Assembly: GCA_000002445.1 (NCBI GenBank)
Contig: CP000068.1
Span: 320,001 to 384,000 of the forward strand
Source of the DNA: Trypanosoma brucei
Lineage: Eukaryota
DNA: 64,000 bases
Direction: 5' to 3'
This document shows positions 10,599-21,095 of the stretch, one piece after another. A program made the translations under genes and the position numbers. The notes beneath the pieces are model-generated. The model searched no databases. It was not told the DNA's origin and saw nothing but the letters and a program-made list of their open reading frames with translations. Positions within the stretch are counted from its first letter, which is position 1. Every line of letters starts with the position of its first letter.

Positions 10599-13500
10599 AT
10601 GGAAACTGCCGCAGAGCCGCGGCTTGACCCCATTGAAGTGGACAGGAGTTTTGTTTTGTCACTTTTCCATGGATTCTGTAATTCGGTCCCGAACGATATG
10701 CGGAAGAAGCTGGTGAGCGAGCAGACTGACGTGTTGCAGTTTATGTTGGCTGTTAGGCCCCGTATAACACCTTTTGCGCACCGCCAGCTCTTCTCTCTGC
10801 GACATCCGGCGGTTTCCTGGATGTCGCGCCGCTACTTCACCGCGCTTCGAACCTTTCTTGATGAAAATGATCTTCGCAATACAGAACAAGGAATTTCCTG
10901 CACCTCAACGCCCACAAGATCAGGCTGCGAACCCGCAGATCGTAGCAGCAGGAACTCCACGTTACTTCCGGCGTCATTGAACCCCAAATCCATCAAGGCG
11001 AAAGACCTGCGCGCGTACAACTGGAATTGTATCGAGTCGTGCCACAAAATTCTTATAGGGGAGTCGCCATTCAGTGCTCTAGCGCTAGAGAGCATATTAA
11101 GTAATGAAAAGTTGTTGGATATTGTTCGGCGATATTGGGACCGCTTGACGTGCCCGACAACTGGGGCTGATATTTATGGGGCGTTTGATGCCAGTGGCAC
11201 CGTACATCCTCGCAATGCATCTTCACCGGTCCCTGAGTTGATCCAGCGCGCAAACCAAATGACACCCACACAGTACACCTATCTCCACATGCGTTTTGCT
11301 CAGATCCTGCTCCCGCCTGGGGCTTTAGAAGCAGAAATCTTTGATGGTATCATTTCTGATCTACGAGTTGATGGGAAGTATCCGCGGAGGACAGCGGGCC
11401 TCTTTCCACCGGCATCCGCAGTGGGTCCATTCCTTCAGGATACTGTAGATATTTTACTGGATCCGGAACGCCACATTGCAAAGCAGATGTTACCTAATTT
11501 ATCCGATAACGTAGCAATGGAGGGTGAGATGAATTCCATTAGATCGGCGCTTGCCCTGCCTAAGACTGGTGCCTCTCTGTTGGCTCTACCAGAAATAACC
11601 TTTGCGCAGTTTTTTTACTCCATCGTTGAACTCGCAGACAACTGGACGAGCACGGCACACCCTAACGAATACGTGGCGTTCCTCACGGAATTGTACTGCG
11701 AGGCGTTCGGCCATGATTGGGACGATGAGGACCCCGTGCTTAAGAAGGCGTTTCGCCCCGCCGAGCGCACGCCTGTCCCACTACCCCCTGATTCCCGGAC
11801 CAGCAACGAACAACTCGCCGATCAGGGTGACCCGGCTGCTCATCTCTTGGCGGAGTATGCCACCGCACTCTCGGCTAGCAAGCCCCCCTTGTATGTATTC
11901 AACAAAATCACTGGAATGAGTCAGGACTACCGCAGAGGTGTGACCAGTGCTGTACGGGACCTCGGTCTGAGCAGACCAAGAACTGGCGAGGAACAGGCGG
12001 ACGTGACTTCCGTTTCCACAAATGAAGGCTTGGAGGTTGGCGGTAGGCTACCGAGGCGCCAGAGAAGGTCTGAGGGGAGCTTTATTGAAGCTGATAGTGA
12101 AATTAGCGGTTTGGAGGGATTGTACGAGGTAGGGGACGTGGATGACAGAGAGCTAAGAGGTTCCCAGAGGGCACGGCTTCCGTGGCGGCCTCACGATCGC
12201 AGATGGACAGGAATTAGCAGGGGTGGCTCATTGAGTTCATTTCCGGAGACTTACAACACTGACATGCAGACTGACAGTTGCGGCACGAGTCCCGTCCCAG
12301 AATCGTTCGGTTTTCATCACAGGCCTCGTGAGGGGCGAATCCCGAGCTTATTAGACAAGCGGAAGAGTGTAACGCGTGCGGTGTGTGGCGAGGGTGGTGA
12401 GCTCACTAATCGGTTTGAATCCGGTGAAAGCCGTGAGAGCTTTGAACTTTCTATGAGCAGATGGGAAAGTGTTGGAACAGAAGGCAGCGAATCCCGTGTA
12501 GATAAGGGAAGGGCGTTCCCCTCGTCCGGAAATGTAACTCCTGAATCGGCGGGCCGGCGGTCCCCTCGTAAGAGGAAGGCCACCGCTGTGGCTCGTGAGG
12601 GTGGTTCCAAGTCGAAGCGTTCGAATGATGCGAAGGCGTCGTCCGGCGCTGCCTCCAAAGCTCGTTCTGTACGCTCGCCAGGGGGTGGTATCCACCATAT
12701 AACTCGTGAAGGCGAAACAGAAGAATTTGACGAGGAAGCTGAAATCTCGGATTCATCGTCTGCAGATGACCTGCATAGCGGCGATGAACGTGATGAAGAG
12801 GGCGACCGAAGGGGCCGCGGCCGGAAGGCTGGCCGCGCTCGCGGGCATGTTAAAACTCTTAGATGGCCCGAAGGTTCCGGACACTCGGAGACTAGTGAGT
12901 ATGATGATGAGCAAAGTGAGGAGGGACTCCCAGCTATTTATGATGAAGAGGGTAGGAGGCTACACCCTCCTCTTCACCAACAGAAACACAAGGGTCGCTC
13001 GCCGCGGACTTCGCAAGGATTTGCTGTTGGTGACGCGGATGGCAGCGGTGGTGGTGTGTCAGCTGCCTATGGGTACAATGCAAGGATGTTGCAGGGCAAG
13101 GGTAGGTGGCTGTCAAACACCGAGATGAAGTGCGAGTTGGGGGTTTCACACTCCCCTGGGGGTGGTGGAGCTACGGGCCTGCGACCCTCCGACGAACGAA
13201 GTGAAGGCTCTGACTCGGACAATGAGGCCTTGGCTCCCCTCTTACTTGACCAGAAGCGCATTGAACAGAAGTTACGAGAACTCGAGGCCGAGCAGCAGCG
13301 CCTACAGGCATCTCGTGGCCGTGGGGGTAGAAATATTCATGAGCTACTGGAAGGTACTTCCGATGGTGTCGGGAGACTTATAAAGTTCCGTCTGTCTTCC
13401 GTTGAGCGGCAGCGTTTGACTACTGAGGAAGTTAATCAGTACCGAAATGTGATTATAAATAGACTATTAGCAAAGGGTGTTAATATACCACCCGAGTCGC

Positions 13501-14546
13501 TGACGGATGACGATGTTCTTAATCTTATGGAGGACAATTTGCAACCGGAGCTCGTTCAGAGGTTGATGCAATTAATGGAGGGGTATTCGGAGGACTTGGC
13601 GTGCTCTGACCTTTTGGATGCTCTTCTTAGTGACGATGCTAAGATTTTCACAGCGAGCGGCGCTATGGAGGCATCTGTCCTTGGTGCACTGTGCAAGAAA
13701 AGTGAACATCGTCCTGTGGAGACGGCGTATATGCGCTATCTGCGGGAGAAAAGGGAACGCGAGTTGCGAGAAGAAATAAAGGCTGCGAAGGAGCGCTACC
13801 GGGCCACGCAGAATGCCCTGAGGGAGGCGCAGGCGAAAGATGCCACTCCCACAGCTGTTGTTCCTATCACAGAGCATATACCCACGCCTCCAAGAGCACC
13901 TGCTTTTCTGCCAGCTCTACCCCTGCTCAGTTCCGCGAGAGTGGGAGGGCCCAAACGGCCGACACCCAAAGGACCGAATGCGTTTTACCATGAGATGGAT
14001 GATTTCGATACTGTCGTCCATATGCGGCCACAACCACCGTCCCGCGGGCCGATGCACTTGGTGCCGAGGCATCCCCTTTTTCCACGCCGGTTGCCTCAAG
14101 CACATCGGGCGCGGTTTACTTTGCCAAGTATCCATCTGCCCACCCAGCGATATGCTAATGAGTACTATTGCGAAGAGGATGCTAATGGCATTAGGGTGCG
14201 TATTCATTCGAAGCGCCGTCTGAGACTGTTCTACCGCGAAATACGCGTTGACCGACCCATCCTCGGCCGGGCCCCACTGGCTCCACTGACCTCTATAATT
14301 GGAGGCACGTACCACCAGTTGGCCGCCCTTCGCGTACGCTGCCGCCGCCGTCGCCGATTCCGTTTACATATGCTCAGGAACCTTGCAAATGAGAGGAATC
14401 TGTTGCCTCTTCCCAGGTATGTGCCTGTGAAGCTCTTCTCTCTCACAACCAAGACTACTTTGGCTGAGGCACTGAGGGAGAGTCTGATGTGTTACATCAA
14501 CGACAAGGCATATCTGGATACACTATACGGGGACATGCGAAGGTGA
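10599..14546 (+). CDS. large hypothetical protein (1315 aa) with extended low-complexity Arg/Ser/Gly/Glu-rich centre
   Basis: Uninterrupted 3.9-kb ORF on the coding strand of the array. The N-terminal 400 aa and C-terminal 300 aa look globular. The centre is low-complexity and charged ('SRESFELSMSRWESVGTEGSESRVDKGRAFPSSG...RRSPRKRKATAVAREGGSKSKRS'). No catalytic motif recognised. Confidence 0.6.
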   Translation: METAAEPRLDPIEVDRSFVLSLFHGFCNSVPNDMRKKLVSEQTDVLQFMLAVRPRITPFAHRQLFSLRHPAVSWMSRRYFTALRTFLDENDLRNTEQGISCTSTPTRSGCEPADRSSRNSTLLPASLNPKSIKAKDLRAYNWNCIESCHKILIGESPFSALALESILSNEKLLDIVRRYWDRLTCPTTGADIYGAFDASGTVHPRNASSPVPELIQRANQMTPTQYTYLHMRFAQILLPPGALEAEIFDGIISDLRVDGKYPRRTAGLFPPASAVGPFLQDTVDILLDPERHIAKQMLPNLSDNVAMEGEMNSIRSALALPKTGASLLALPEITFAQFFYSIVELADNWTSTAHPNEYVAFLTELYCEAFGHDWDDEDPVLKKAFRPAERTPVPLPPDSRTSNEQLADQGDPAAHLLAEYATALSASKPPLYVFNKITGMSQDYRRGVTSAVRDLGLSRPRTGEEQADVTSVSTNEGLEVGGRLPRRQRRSEGSFIEADSEISGLEGLYEVGDVDDRELRGSQRARLPWRPHDRRWTGISRGGSLSSFPETYNTDMQTDSCGTSPVPESFGFHHRPREGRIPSLLDKRKSVTRAVCGEGGELTNRFESGESRESFELSMSRWESVGTEGSESRVDKGRAFPSSGNVTPESAGRRSPRKRKATAVAREGGSKSKRSNDAKASSGAASKARSVRSPGGGIHHITREGETEEFDEEAEISDSSSADDLHSGDERDEEGDRRGRGRKAGRARGHVKTLRWPEGSGHSETSEYDDEQSEEGLPAIYDEEGRRLHPPLHQQKHKGRSPRTSQGFAVGDADGSGGGVSAAYGYNARMLQGKGRWLSNTEMKCELGVSHSPGGGGATGLRPSDERSEGSDSDNEALAPLLLDQKRIEQKLRELEAEQQRLQASRGRGGRNIHELLEGTSDGVGRLIKFRLSSVERQRLTTEEVNQYRNVIINRLLAKGVNIPPESLTDDDVLNLMEDNLQPELVQRLMQLMEGYSEDLACSDLLDALLSDDAKIFTASGAMEASVLGALCKKSEHRPVETAYMRYLREKRERELREEIKAAKERYRATQNALREAQAKDATPTAVVPITEHIPTPPRAPAFLPALPLLSSARVGGPKRPTPKGPNAFYHEMDDFDTVVHMRPQPPSRGPMHLVPRHPLFPRRLPQAHRARFTLPSIHLPTQRYANEYYCEEDANGIRVRIHSKRRLRLFYREIRVDRPILGRAPLAPLTSIIGGTYHQLAALRVRCRRRRRFRLHMLRNLANERNLLPLPRYVPVKLFSLTTKTTLAEALRESLMCYINDKAYLDTLYGDMRR

Positions 14547-14639
14547 GTTGACAGTAAGTAAGTTTTATGCTTTTTCTCAACGAAGGGGCTTTCGCAAGGC
14601 TTTTTATAATGAAAAGGAAAGAGAAGGGAGTTTAGAATT

Positions 14640-15230
14640 CTTACTCATTCGCAACTTCTTTCCCTAACCCTATCTTCCACTTTCGCTTCCTCTCTCCTGG
14701 AGGGTAGGCAACAGCCACAATGGCAGGTGTGACATGTATTAGTACTTTGCGCTTTATCTTTATCTTTCTTTCTCACTTGTCTCTTCTTTTTTTTTTTCCT
14801 TTGGGAAGTCACGGCCATCCAATCAGCTTGTGTCTTGTGGACGTTGCGGTGCTTGTTGCGATTGCTTTTTATGTATACTTGTTTGTTGGAGGTGCTCCTT
14901 CTTTTTGCACTCGTTATGAGTTCGAGGAACTGGGTGCAACTTTTTCCCCACTTGTTTTTTACTGCTATTGTCGTTCCTCTTTTTTTTTTTTTCTGGTGCC
15001 ATTGCACTCCTCTGATTTGCTGCTGCCAACTGTCTTGGTCTTTTAATGTGGACTGTCATTGCTTCCCCCTTTTGTACCTTTACCTTCTTACTTTACTTTG
15101 CATTACCACACGTATCTTTTTTTTTCTTTGCTTAGTTAACCTCCACCACAAACCTTCGTGGCGGGTATATTTGACCACACAAGGGCCACTAAGTAATCAC
15201 CACGTCCGCTGCTCGCTTTGTACTTGGTAT
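14640..15230 (+). promoter_or_regulatory. Extended C/T-rich intergenic tract (polypyrimidine) between the 1315-aa gene and the thioredoxin-membrane gene; probable polyadenylation / trans-splice control region
   Basis: Strong pyrimidine bias on the + strand over about 600 nt ('ttcccttctcttttttttttttcctttgg...', 'ccttttgtacctttaccttcttactttactttg'). Confidence 0.45.
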
Positions 15231-15280
15231 GAGTAAAGCGCACTGACGACCACACAAAGGGAAACTTTTTTTTTCTATTC

Positions 15281-15304
15281 ATATATATATATATATATAT
15301 ATAT
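15281..15304. repeat. (AT)12 microsatellite
   Basis: 'catatatatatatatatatatatatattacg'. Confidence 0.9.
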
Positions 15305-15392
15305 TACGTACGACAAGCACACATTGTAGCTTTATTAACTCTCGGCAATATCGTTATTAGAAGGGGGAAAAACGCGATAACAAACAAACGCG

Positions 15393-17162
15393 ATGCAACG
15401 AACGAAAAGTTTGCTTCATGTCCTGCTTGTGGTAGCACTAGTGCTCTTTTTATTGATTACTGAGGTTTCGGTTGCTGGAGGGGTTGTTGACTTGGGAAAT
15501 GAGGTACGGGAGGACACCATACCGCTACTTAATGACGACACATTCGACTCGTATGTTTTTTCAAAGGGATCTAATGATAAAGAGGGGCGAAAGAGAGGAC
15601 CTTGGCTCATATTCTTTTTTGCTCCATGGTGTGGTCACTGCAAGGCCGCCTTGCCCAAGTATGCGGATGCTAATTTGCAGTTGGCGAAACTTGGAGTTCA
15701 GCACGCGAGGTTTGCAACCGTCAATGCTGTAAAGAGTCCCGAATTGGCGTTGCGGTTCCGCGTAAAGGTATACCCGACGCTCATATATACCACTGGCAAG
15801 GCAGAAAACTGGCATGTGTACCGTGGTGCCCTCACTCCCGAGACTTTAATGAAGTTTGCGACCCAACTTCATTTAGCCGGCACTGTTGGGTCATTTGCCG
15901 ATTTGACATCAAGCCCCGATGAATTCGTTAGGGCGCATCGGCAGGATATGGGAAGGCGCGTGCCCATGTATGTTTATCTTCCTCCAACAGGTTCTCGAAG
16001 TGCCAATGCACCGCACCAGCGAGAAGAACTTGTTCCAGGGCAACATGGAGTGGGTGAAGGGGAAGGGCAACAGGGAGTGCAAGCGAATAATAGTAAGTCC
16101 ATCCATGAGGAGAAGCACATGCAGAAACAAGATCGGCTTTCTGACGCGCGCGAGGCGCGGTGGAATGTTGCCGTGGACGCTGCTGCTTCGATGGAAAAGA
16201 TTCGGTTTGGTGTGATATATGGTGATGACGTGCCATCTGCTTGGGCAGAGACGGGGATAACGCCATATATTGCCGTTCTCGAGGCCGCACAGCGGTGTAA
16301 AGGCAGTGGGCCCGATGGCGCACTTGTGCTTGTTGATTCTGACGCATACAAACAACCACAATGTTACGAAGGTCCGTGGTTTGAGGAGTCCGTCAATATC
16401 CCTCAAAAGAGCGGGGCGGAGAGCGTGACCCCGCTGCTTCACCCATCCTTCATAGCCTTCTTCATGTTAAACGGCCTTCATGCAGTGGAACGAGCTTCGT
16501 CATCGCTTCTATCAGCCGTTACCACCACGAACCATCACTATTTGGGCCTCCTTATCACGAATGGCCCTATTACACAAACTGACACTAATATGCTTCCAGC
16601 TCTGCGTGAGGTGGTGCAAGAACGAAACGAAGCTCGCCGTGCGGTCGCTGTGGGGCTTGAACCTCAGCGGAGGGTCTCGTTGGCGTACGTTGATGGTCGC
16701 ACTCACGAGGCGTGGCGTACGCAATACAAAGTGAAGCTGGAAGAACTCCCCGCCTTCGTGGTTGTGGACCCGCGGCGGAACAAGGTATACCGCTTGCGCA
16801 GGCACACTCCTCACTTCGAGGTAATTAAATTCTTCTTGCCGTGGCCGCGTGGGGGCGAGCAACAGTCAGTCATCGTTTCCTTCATTGCTGATGTCGAACG
16901 TGGGGTCGCGGTTGGTGAAAAGATGACATTTGTCGGGGAGGTTGCAGAGCATCTGCTGCGACTTCCGGGAGTGGAGTTTCTCTACGAGGTCCTCGAGTTC
17001 GAAGACAGTCTACTTGTGGTTGTTGTGCTCGCCCTCTTTGTGTTTGCGATCGTACTCCTCATTGTACTCGTCGTAGAGCCGGTGTTTGAGCGGCGTGCGG
17101 ATGAAAGGATGACGGGGTACGGGGAAAGGGACACTTCTGCAGTTGAAAAGAAGAGGAACTAA
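15393..17162 (+). CDS. Thioredoxin-domain (PDI-like, single 'WCGHC' site) type I membrane protein
   Basis: N-terminal signal peptide ('LLHVLLVVALVLFLLITEVSVAGG'). Thioredoxin-fold active site 'FFFAPWCGHCKAALPKY'. C-terminal transmembrane helix ('LLVVVVLALFVFAIVLLIVLVV') followed by a short charged tail. Confidence 0.75.
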   Translation: MQRTKSLLHVLLVVALVLFLLITEVSVAGGVVDLGNEVREDTIPLLNDDTFDSYVFSKGSNDKEGRKRGPWLIFFFAPWCGHCKAALPKYADANLQLAKLGVQHARFATVNAVKSPELALRFRVKVYPTLIYTTGKAENWHVYRGALTPETLMKFATQLHLAGTVGSFADLTSSPDEFVRAHRQDMGRRVPMYVYLPPTGSRSANAPHQREELVPGQHGVGEGEGQQGVQANNSKSIHEEKHMQKQDRLSDAREARWNVAVDAAASMEKIRFGVIYGDDVPSAWAETGITPYIAVLEAAQRCKGSGPDGALVLVDSDAYKQPQCYEGPWFEESVNIPQKSGAESVTPLLHPSFIAFFMLNGLHAVERASSSLLSAVTTTNHHYLGLLITNGPITQTDTNMLPALREVVQERNEARRAVAVGLEPQRRVSLAYVDGRTHEAWRTQYKVKLEELPAFVVVDPRRNKVYRLRRHTPHFEVIKFFLPWPRGGEQQSVIVSFIADVERGVAVGEKMTFVGEVAEHLLRLPGVEFLYEVLEFEDSLLVVVVLALFVFAIVLLIVLVVEPVFERRADERMTGYGERDTSAVEKKRN

Positions 17163-17750
17163 TATCCGGAATTCGCTCCTGAGGAAGTGCGGTTGGTCAC
17201 TGCAGGTGCAGAGCGTGTGAGAGCGTAAAGTAAGCCGAAGACGGTGGTTCTGTGGCACTGGAAGCACATTGTGGACTGAAAGTAAGCGGTGAAAGAGTCG
17301 GGATTTGTATCTTTGGCACACGAATATTCGCATTTGCGCGTGTTTAGGGAAGCGTCAAGTTGTGGCGTCGTGTGTTAATGCTGCTGCGTCTGCGCGCGCA
17401 GCCCATATGTGGGACATAACTTCTTACGTAACATATTTTTTTTTCCTTTTCCCTTGTTAACTTTTTCAGACCCCTGTTAGCAGCGCGGCTTGCGGCTAAG
17501 GGTATCAGAGGTAAAGAAGAAAGTGCACCACAAGCAGGACCTGTGTGCGAGAGGAAAGAGTAAAGGGAGGCATCACTAAAAGCCGGATCAGTCTATTTGA
17601 GGGGAAGGGCCAAATAGGGGTGACCACGCACTCAGTTACAAAGTTGAGGTGAAGTGAGTTCGTACGGCGGAGTTCCAGTTGCGTTTAAGAAGTTGCGTCA
17701 CCACGGGAAACAATAGTGAGTGCACTGAGTGAGTTGGGGAATCAGGAACT

Positions 17751-18272
17751 ATGCTGCGCACTTCCCTGTTCCTCAGGTGCGTACCCCCACTTTCTGCCGT
17801 CTACGGAAAAAGTTTTTCAGTTACACCGCGGGTATGGCGCCGCATTAGCGAGAAGAATGCAGAGGAGGGCTACGGCAATGACCTGCGGTATTTGCGATTG
17901 ATGATTGAGTCCGGTGGATGTCACGGCTACGCGTACAAGTTTTTATTTGAGGAGAACAGCGAGTTAGTGGCGGATGAGGACGTTGTGGTGGCAGAAAGCG
18001 ATGTCGTTCAGCTTCCCCAACCGAAGAGCCAGGAGTTGCGTACCGTAGCCGAAGGTGAGGGTGAAGGTGATGTTGGTGAAAGCAAGGCAAAAGGCCCACC
18101 GCCACGGCTAGTTGTCGATAAGCATTCGGTAGCGAAACTTCTCTCGGCAGTGGTGGATTTCCATTCTGAGTTGAAGGGCTCCGCATTTGTTGTTATTGGT
18201 AACGAATTAGTAGACAAGTCATGTGCCTGTGCCATGTCCTTCTCGATGAAGAAGCAGCAGCAAAAGGTGTGA
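17751..18272 (+). CDS. Iron-sulfur cluster assembly protein, IscA/ISA (HesB) family, mitochondrial-type presequence
   Basis: 'RLMIESGGCHGYAYKF' (first conserved Cys region) and C-terminal 'KSCACAMSFSM' (C-x-C ... SF motif). The basic, hydroxylated N-terminus ('MLRTSLFLRCVPPLSAVYG') resembles a mitochondrial targeting sequence. An acidic/Gly insert ('AEGEGEGDVGESKAKGPPP') is unusual. Confidence 0.6.
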   Translation: MLRTSLFLRCVPPLSAVYGKSFSVTPRVWRRISEKNAEEGYGNDLRYLRLMIESGGCHGYAYKFLFEENSELVADEDVVVAESDVVQLPQPKSQELRTVAEGEGEGDVGESKAKGPPPRLVVDKHSVAKLLSAVVDFHSELKGSAFVVIGNELVDKSCACAMSFSMKKQQQKV

Positions 18273-18729
18273 GTTGGTGCGTGTGTCTGCCGAAATGGAC
18301 ACCATGGGGGGGGGGTAGAAACCCAATACAGTATATGTTTTCTCAGGTGGACGAGCGAATATTGAACGGCGGGATGGAAAGGAAGGAAGAAGACCGCGGA
18401 GTGGTTACTGACTCTTACGTTTATTTGTTACTTCCTCATTGTATGTGATCGTGTTGTTGTCGTTATTTTACACTTTGCTGCGTTTGACTTCATAGTTCTT
18501 GCGGAAGTGTTGCGGAAGAGGGAGGGGATGCTTCACTTGCCGCCATTTTCTCGCTGCAGTTGAGAGCTTGTTGTTCTTCATCTGTCGTGTTGTGGCAAGA
18601 CCGTCGTTACTATATCATTTTCTCCCTTTCCTTCTTTTTTCCTTTCTTTTTCCTTTTCCAACTATTTTACCTTTTTTCTTTTTTGTGGGATCTCCCTATC
18701 ATCGGACTTGTGTATCTGCACTGAGCAAG

Positions 18730-19323
18730 ATGTCTATGGCCTACGTAATGGGAAAAGAGCAAGAGGAGGTTCTGCCATACCGTATTATGCGTCTCAACCG
18801 TGCTCCAGCCGTTGGTCCCGTTGCTCGTAAAGAGGACAATGAATCTACCCACAGTTCTTGCGGGTACGACAGCAGCCCCGCTACATTGGAGTCTGAACGA
18901 CAGTATCAAATAGAAGGCGAAGGCCAAGAATGTGCGAGTTGCACCGCTTGCAGCGGTAAAGTTTATTTGCATGATAAAATTACCGACGATATAGTTCCTG
19001 TTATGGCAACGACAACAAAACCGTCAGTGACGACCACCTCTCCGCCTGCGCATCGTTTGCGCAGAGGTCGTGGCCAAGCTATTGTTCGTGCCGCAACTGA
19101 TCATTTGAAAGGAGGAGGGGTTCTCGTTGAAGATGCTCCGGAACTTATTTATGCTGGCCGGCGGGCCCCACGGGGTTACTGTGCGGCTGCTGCTCAACAT
19201 GTGCAACTCTTCGCCACACCGACGTCCCCATCCGAAACACCGGCGGATATATTTTGGGCAAAAGTCAAGTCGTCTCGACAGTCCCGCCTCGCTATGCTGC
19301 GTGGCAGTGGTCCCCTGTGGTGA
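18730..19323 (+). CDS. hypothetical protein (about 198 aa)
   Basis: The six-frame ORF starts at 18499, but 18590-18700 is a CT-rich tract read through as 'FLLFSFLFPFP'. The in-frame ATG at 18730 ('MSMAYVMGKEQEEV') is the more plausible start. No domain recognised. Confidence 0.35.
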   Translation: MSMAYVMGKEQEEVLPYRIMRLNRAPAVGPVARKEDNESTHSSCGYDSSPATLESERQYQIEGEGQECASCTACSGKVYLHDKITDDIVPVMATTTKPSVTTTSPPAHRLRRGRGQAIVRAATDHLKGGGVLVEDAPELIYAGRRAPRGYCAAAAQHVQLFATPTSPSETPADIFWAKVKSSRQSRLAMLRGSGPLW

Positions 19324-20219
19324 AGTCCCTCCCTTTTACATAGAGTTTATTGTTGCTGGCTCATCACTTGTTTCTTTCTTTTTTTATTATTGTTTTTTTT
19401 CTGTTAGAAAAAAAGAAGCATTTCAATTAATTAATTAGTTAATTAAATTTTTTTATTGTTATGTGCTTTTTATGCGTTGCGTGGCGAGGTCGTTACTGTA
19501 GGGGTAACCGCGTCAATTCCGCGGAGGGCTTGTCCTTGCTTTTATTCAGGTATTACTTTTGGTGCCTTCCCGCTGCCGTGATTGTGGAGAGCCCCACTTG
19601 TTGTTTGCGGGTGTTGTTGTTGGGCGGTGCTTATTTATGCATAAATTATCCACTTATCTATAGAATTACTGTGCGTATGTGTTGGCATATAAGCCTATTC
19701 ATACAACAGCTTATAGAGAACTTCAAAGATTAATTGCTAACACGCCGCCTCTCTTCTAATCATCTGTTATAAACCCACTGTTGTGTCAACCTCTTGACTG
19801 TCACTTGTCGTGTTATTTTCCCTTTTCTCTCGGGGCAATTCAGTAACGAACTTTGTGCACTGCAGTGGAGTTGAGAAGAACCCAAATTAGTGGTGGCGTG
19901 TGAAAATACTTGTTGGCGTCACAACAATTGAACGGGCTGTGTCTCACACCTGGTTGTTACCACTGTTGCCGTTAGGCTTATTGATCGAAAGAAGACGTGA
20001 ATTGAAAGATTTGTAGGGAAGGGAGGTTTGTTTGGGTTATTTCAGTATAAGAGCAAAAAGCAACGAAAACTCCCCCCAAAAACAGATTGAGAGTAGAAAA
20101 GTCTCCGGAGGAAAGATTCACATTCCTAGTAACAAAGAAAGTGTGAGGGACCGAAGAAAAAAGAAAAGAAAAGGAAAACAACACCAAACAAACAAAGAAG
20201 AGGTGGGGGCGGCAATATT

Positions 20220-21032
20220 ATGGCCAGTAGCACGGATTCACCCCCTCCACGTGAGGTATTTCACGGGCCTCGCTCCATTAGCGCATCATCGAATCGTGCG
20301 CCATTATTTATTGTAAAAAATGGTACGTCGCGACACCAGTCATTGTCGCCACCGCCCACATGCGGCTCTCCGCTGTCAAACCCCGAGTGCGGTGATGTAA
20401 GCTGTAGAAAATTATATGGGCTCTCATCTACTGATTGCTCTAATTACCCAAAGAGTGAGTGTTACAGTAACTTCAGTGTTCCCTCTGGGTCTTCAAACAC
20501 ATGCCGTCACGAGCATTTCAAACCACCCGGCAGAAAGAGTTCTTTTCTTGATCGTGTGAAGGCTTTTCTGACTCCGTCGGGCCACCCAACGGTGCATTCA
20601 CAAATCATTAAACCGTCTGAACCCTTTGCTGAGGACTCTCCGGAGGATGTTGTGGTCTTCAATTCTGAAGCTGCAAAGGGTGGAAAGAGCGGTAAAAAGC
20701 AAGTCAGTGGCTCTTCCAGCGGAAGGGATGCCGGCTTTGATGTTAGGACGTCCTTCGAACCGACTCACATGTTTAAGGAGGAGTGGGAGGAGAGGCCTTA
20801 TGTGTCACACGACCATGTGCAGGCTGACGGGCAACATAAAATGCTTTATTTTTCTCTGGGAGATGGACACGTAAGAAAATTGCTCCGTGAAGAGGCAAAA
20901 TGTCGCAGACGTCTCGTGGAGGAAGGCATGACTGTGATGCGGGACATTGGCAGAACATATGTAGCGATGTCTCGTAGTGTCGCTGCTGAGGCATCGGCGG
21001 GTTTATTGGCGGACAGACATCGGGGAAAATGA
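20220..21032 (+). CDS. hypothetical protein (270 aa), Ser/Cys-rich N-terminal half
   Basis: + strand ORF preceded by a purine-rich tract. No recognisable domain. Overlapping ORFs 20626..20874 + and 20773..21219 - were rejected. Confidence 0.4.
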   Translation: MASSTDSPPPREVFHGPRSISASSNRAPLFIVKNGTSRHQSLSPPPTCGSPLSNPECGDVSCRKLYGLSSTDCSNYPKSECYSNFSVPSGSSNTCRHEHFKPPGRKSSFLDRVKAFLTPSGHPTVHSQIIKPSEPFAEDSPEDVVVFNSEAAKGGKSGKKQVSGSSSGRDAGFDVRTSFEPTHMFKEEWEERPYVSHDHVQADGQHKMLYFSLGDGHVRKLLREEAKCRRRLVEEGMTVMRDIGRTYVAMSRSVAAEASAGLLADRHRGK

Positions 21033-21063
21033 TCGGTGACACTCTCTGCCGTGGGTCTGTCCA

Positions 21064-21064
21064 A

Positions 21065-21089
<25 letters not shown>
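21064..21089. repeat. (AT)n microsatellite
   Basis: 'aatatatatatatatatatatatatatg' lies directly after the stop of the 20220..21032 gene. Confidence 0.9.

Positions 21090-21095
<6 letters not shown>

Noticed and set aside
12317-13261. Several 60-140-aa ORFs in alternative frames and on the - strand inside the 1315-aa gene
   Set aside because: They are GC-rich low-complexity reading frames nested within a much longer uninterrupted ORF. They are Arg/Pro/Ser-rich, as expected for off-frame translation.
15909-16442. - strand ORFs of 177, 143 and 125 aa
   Set aside because: They are antisense to the well-supported thioredoxin-domain membrane protein gene, and no conserved motifs were seen.
18499-18729. 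N-terminal 77 codons of ORF 18499..19323
   Set aside because: This stretch translates a CT-rich polypyrimidine tract (FLPFLLFSFLFPFPTILPFFFF), which is more plausibly a trans-splicing signal. The gene was re-anchored at ATG 18730.
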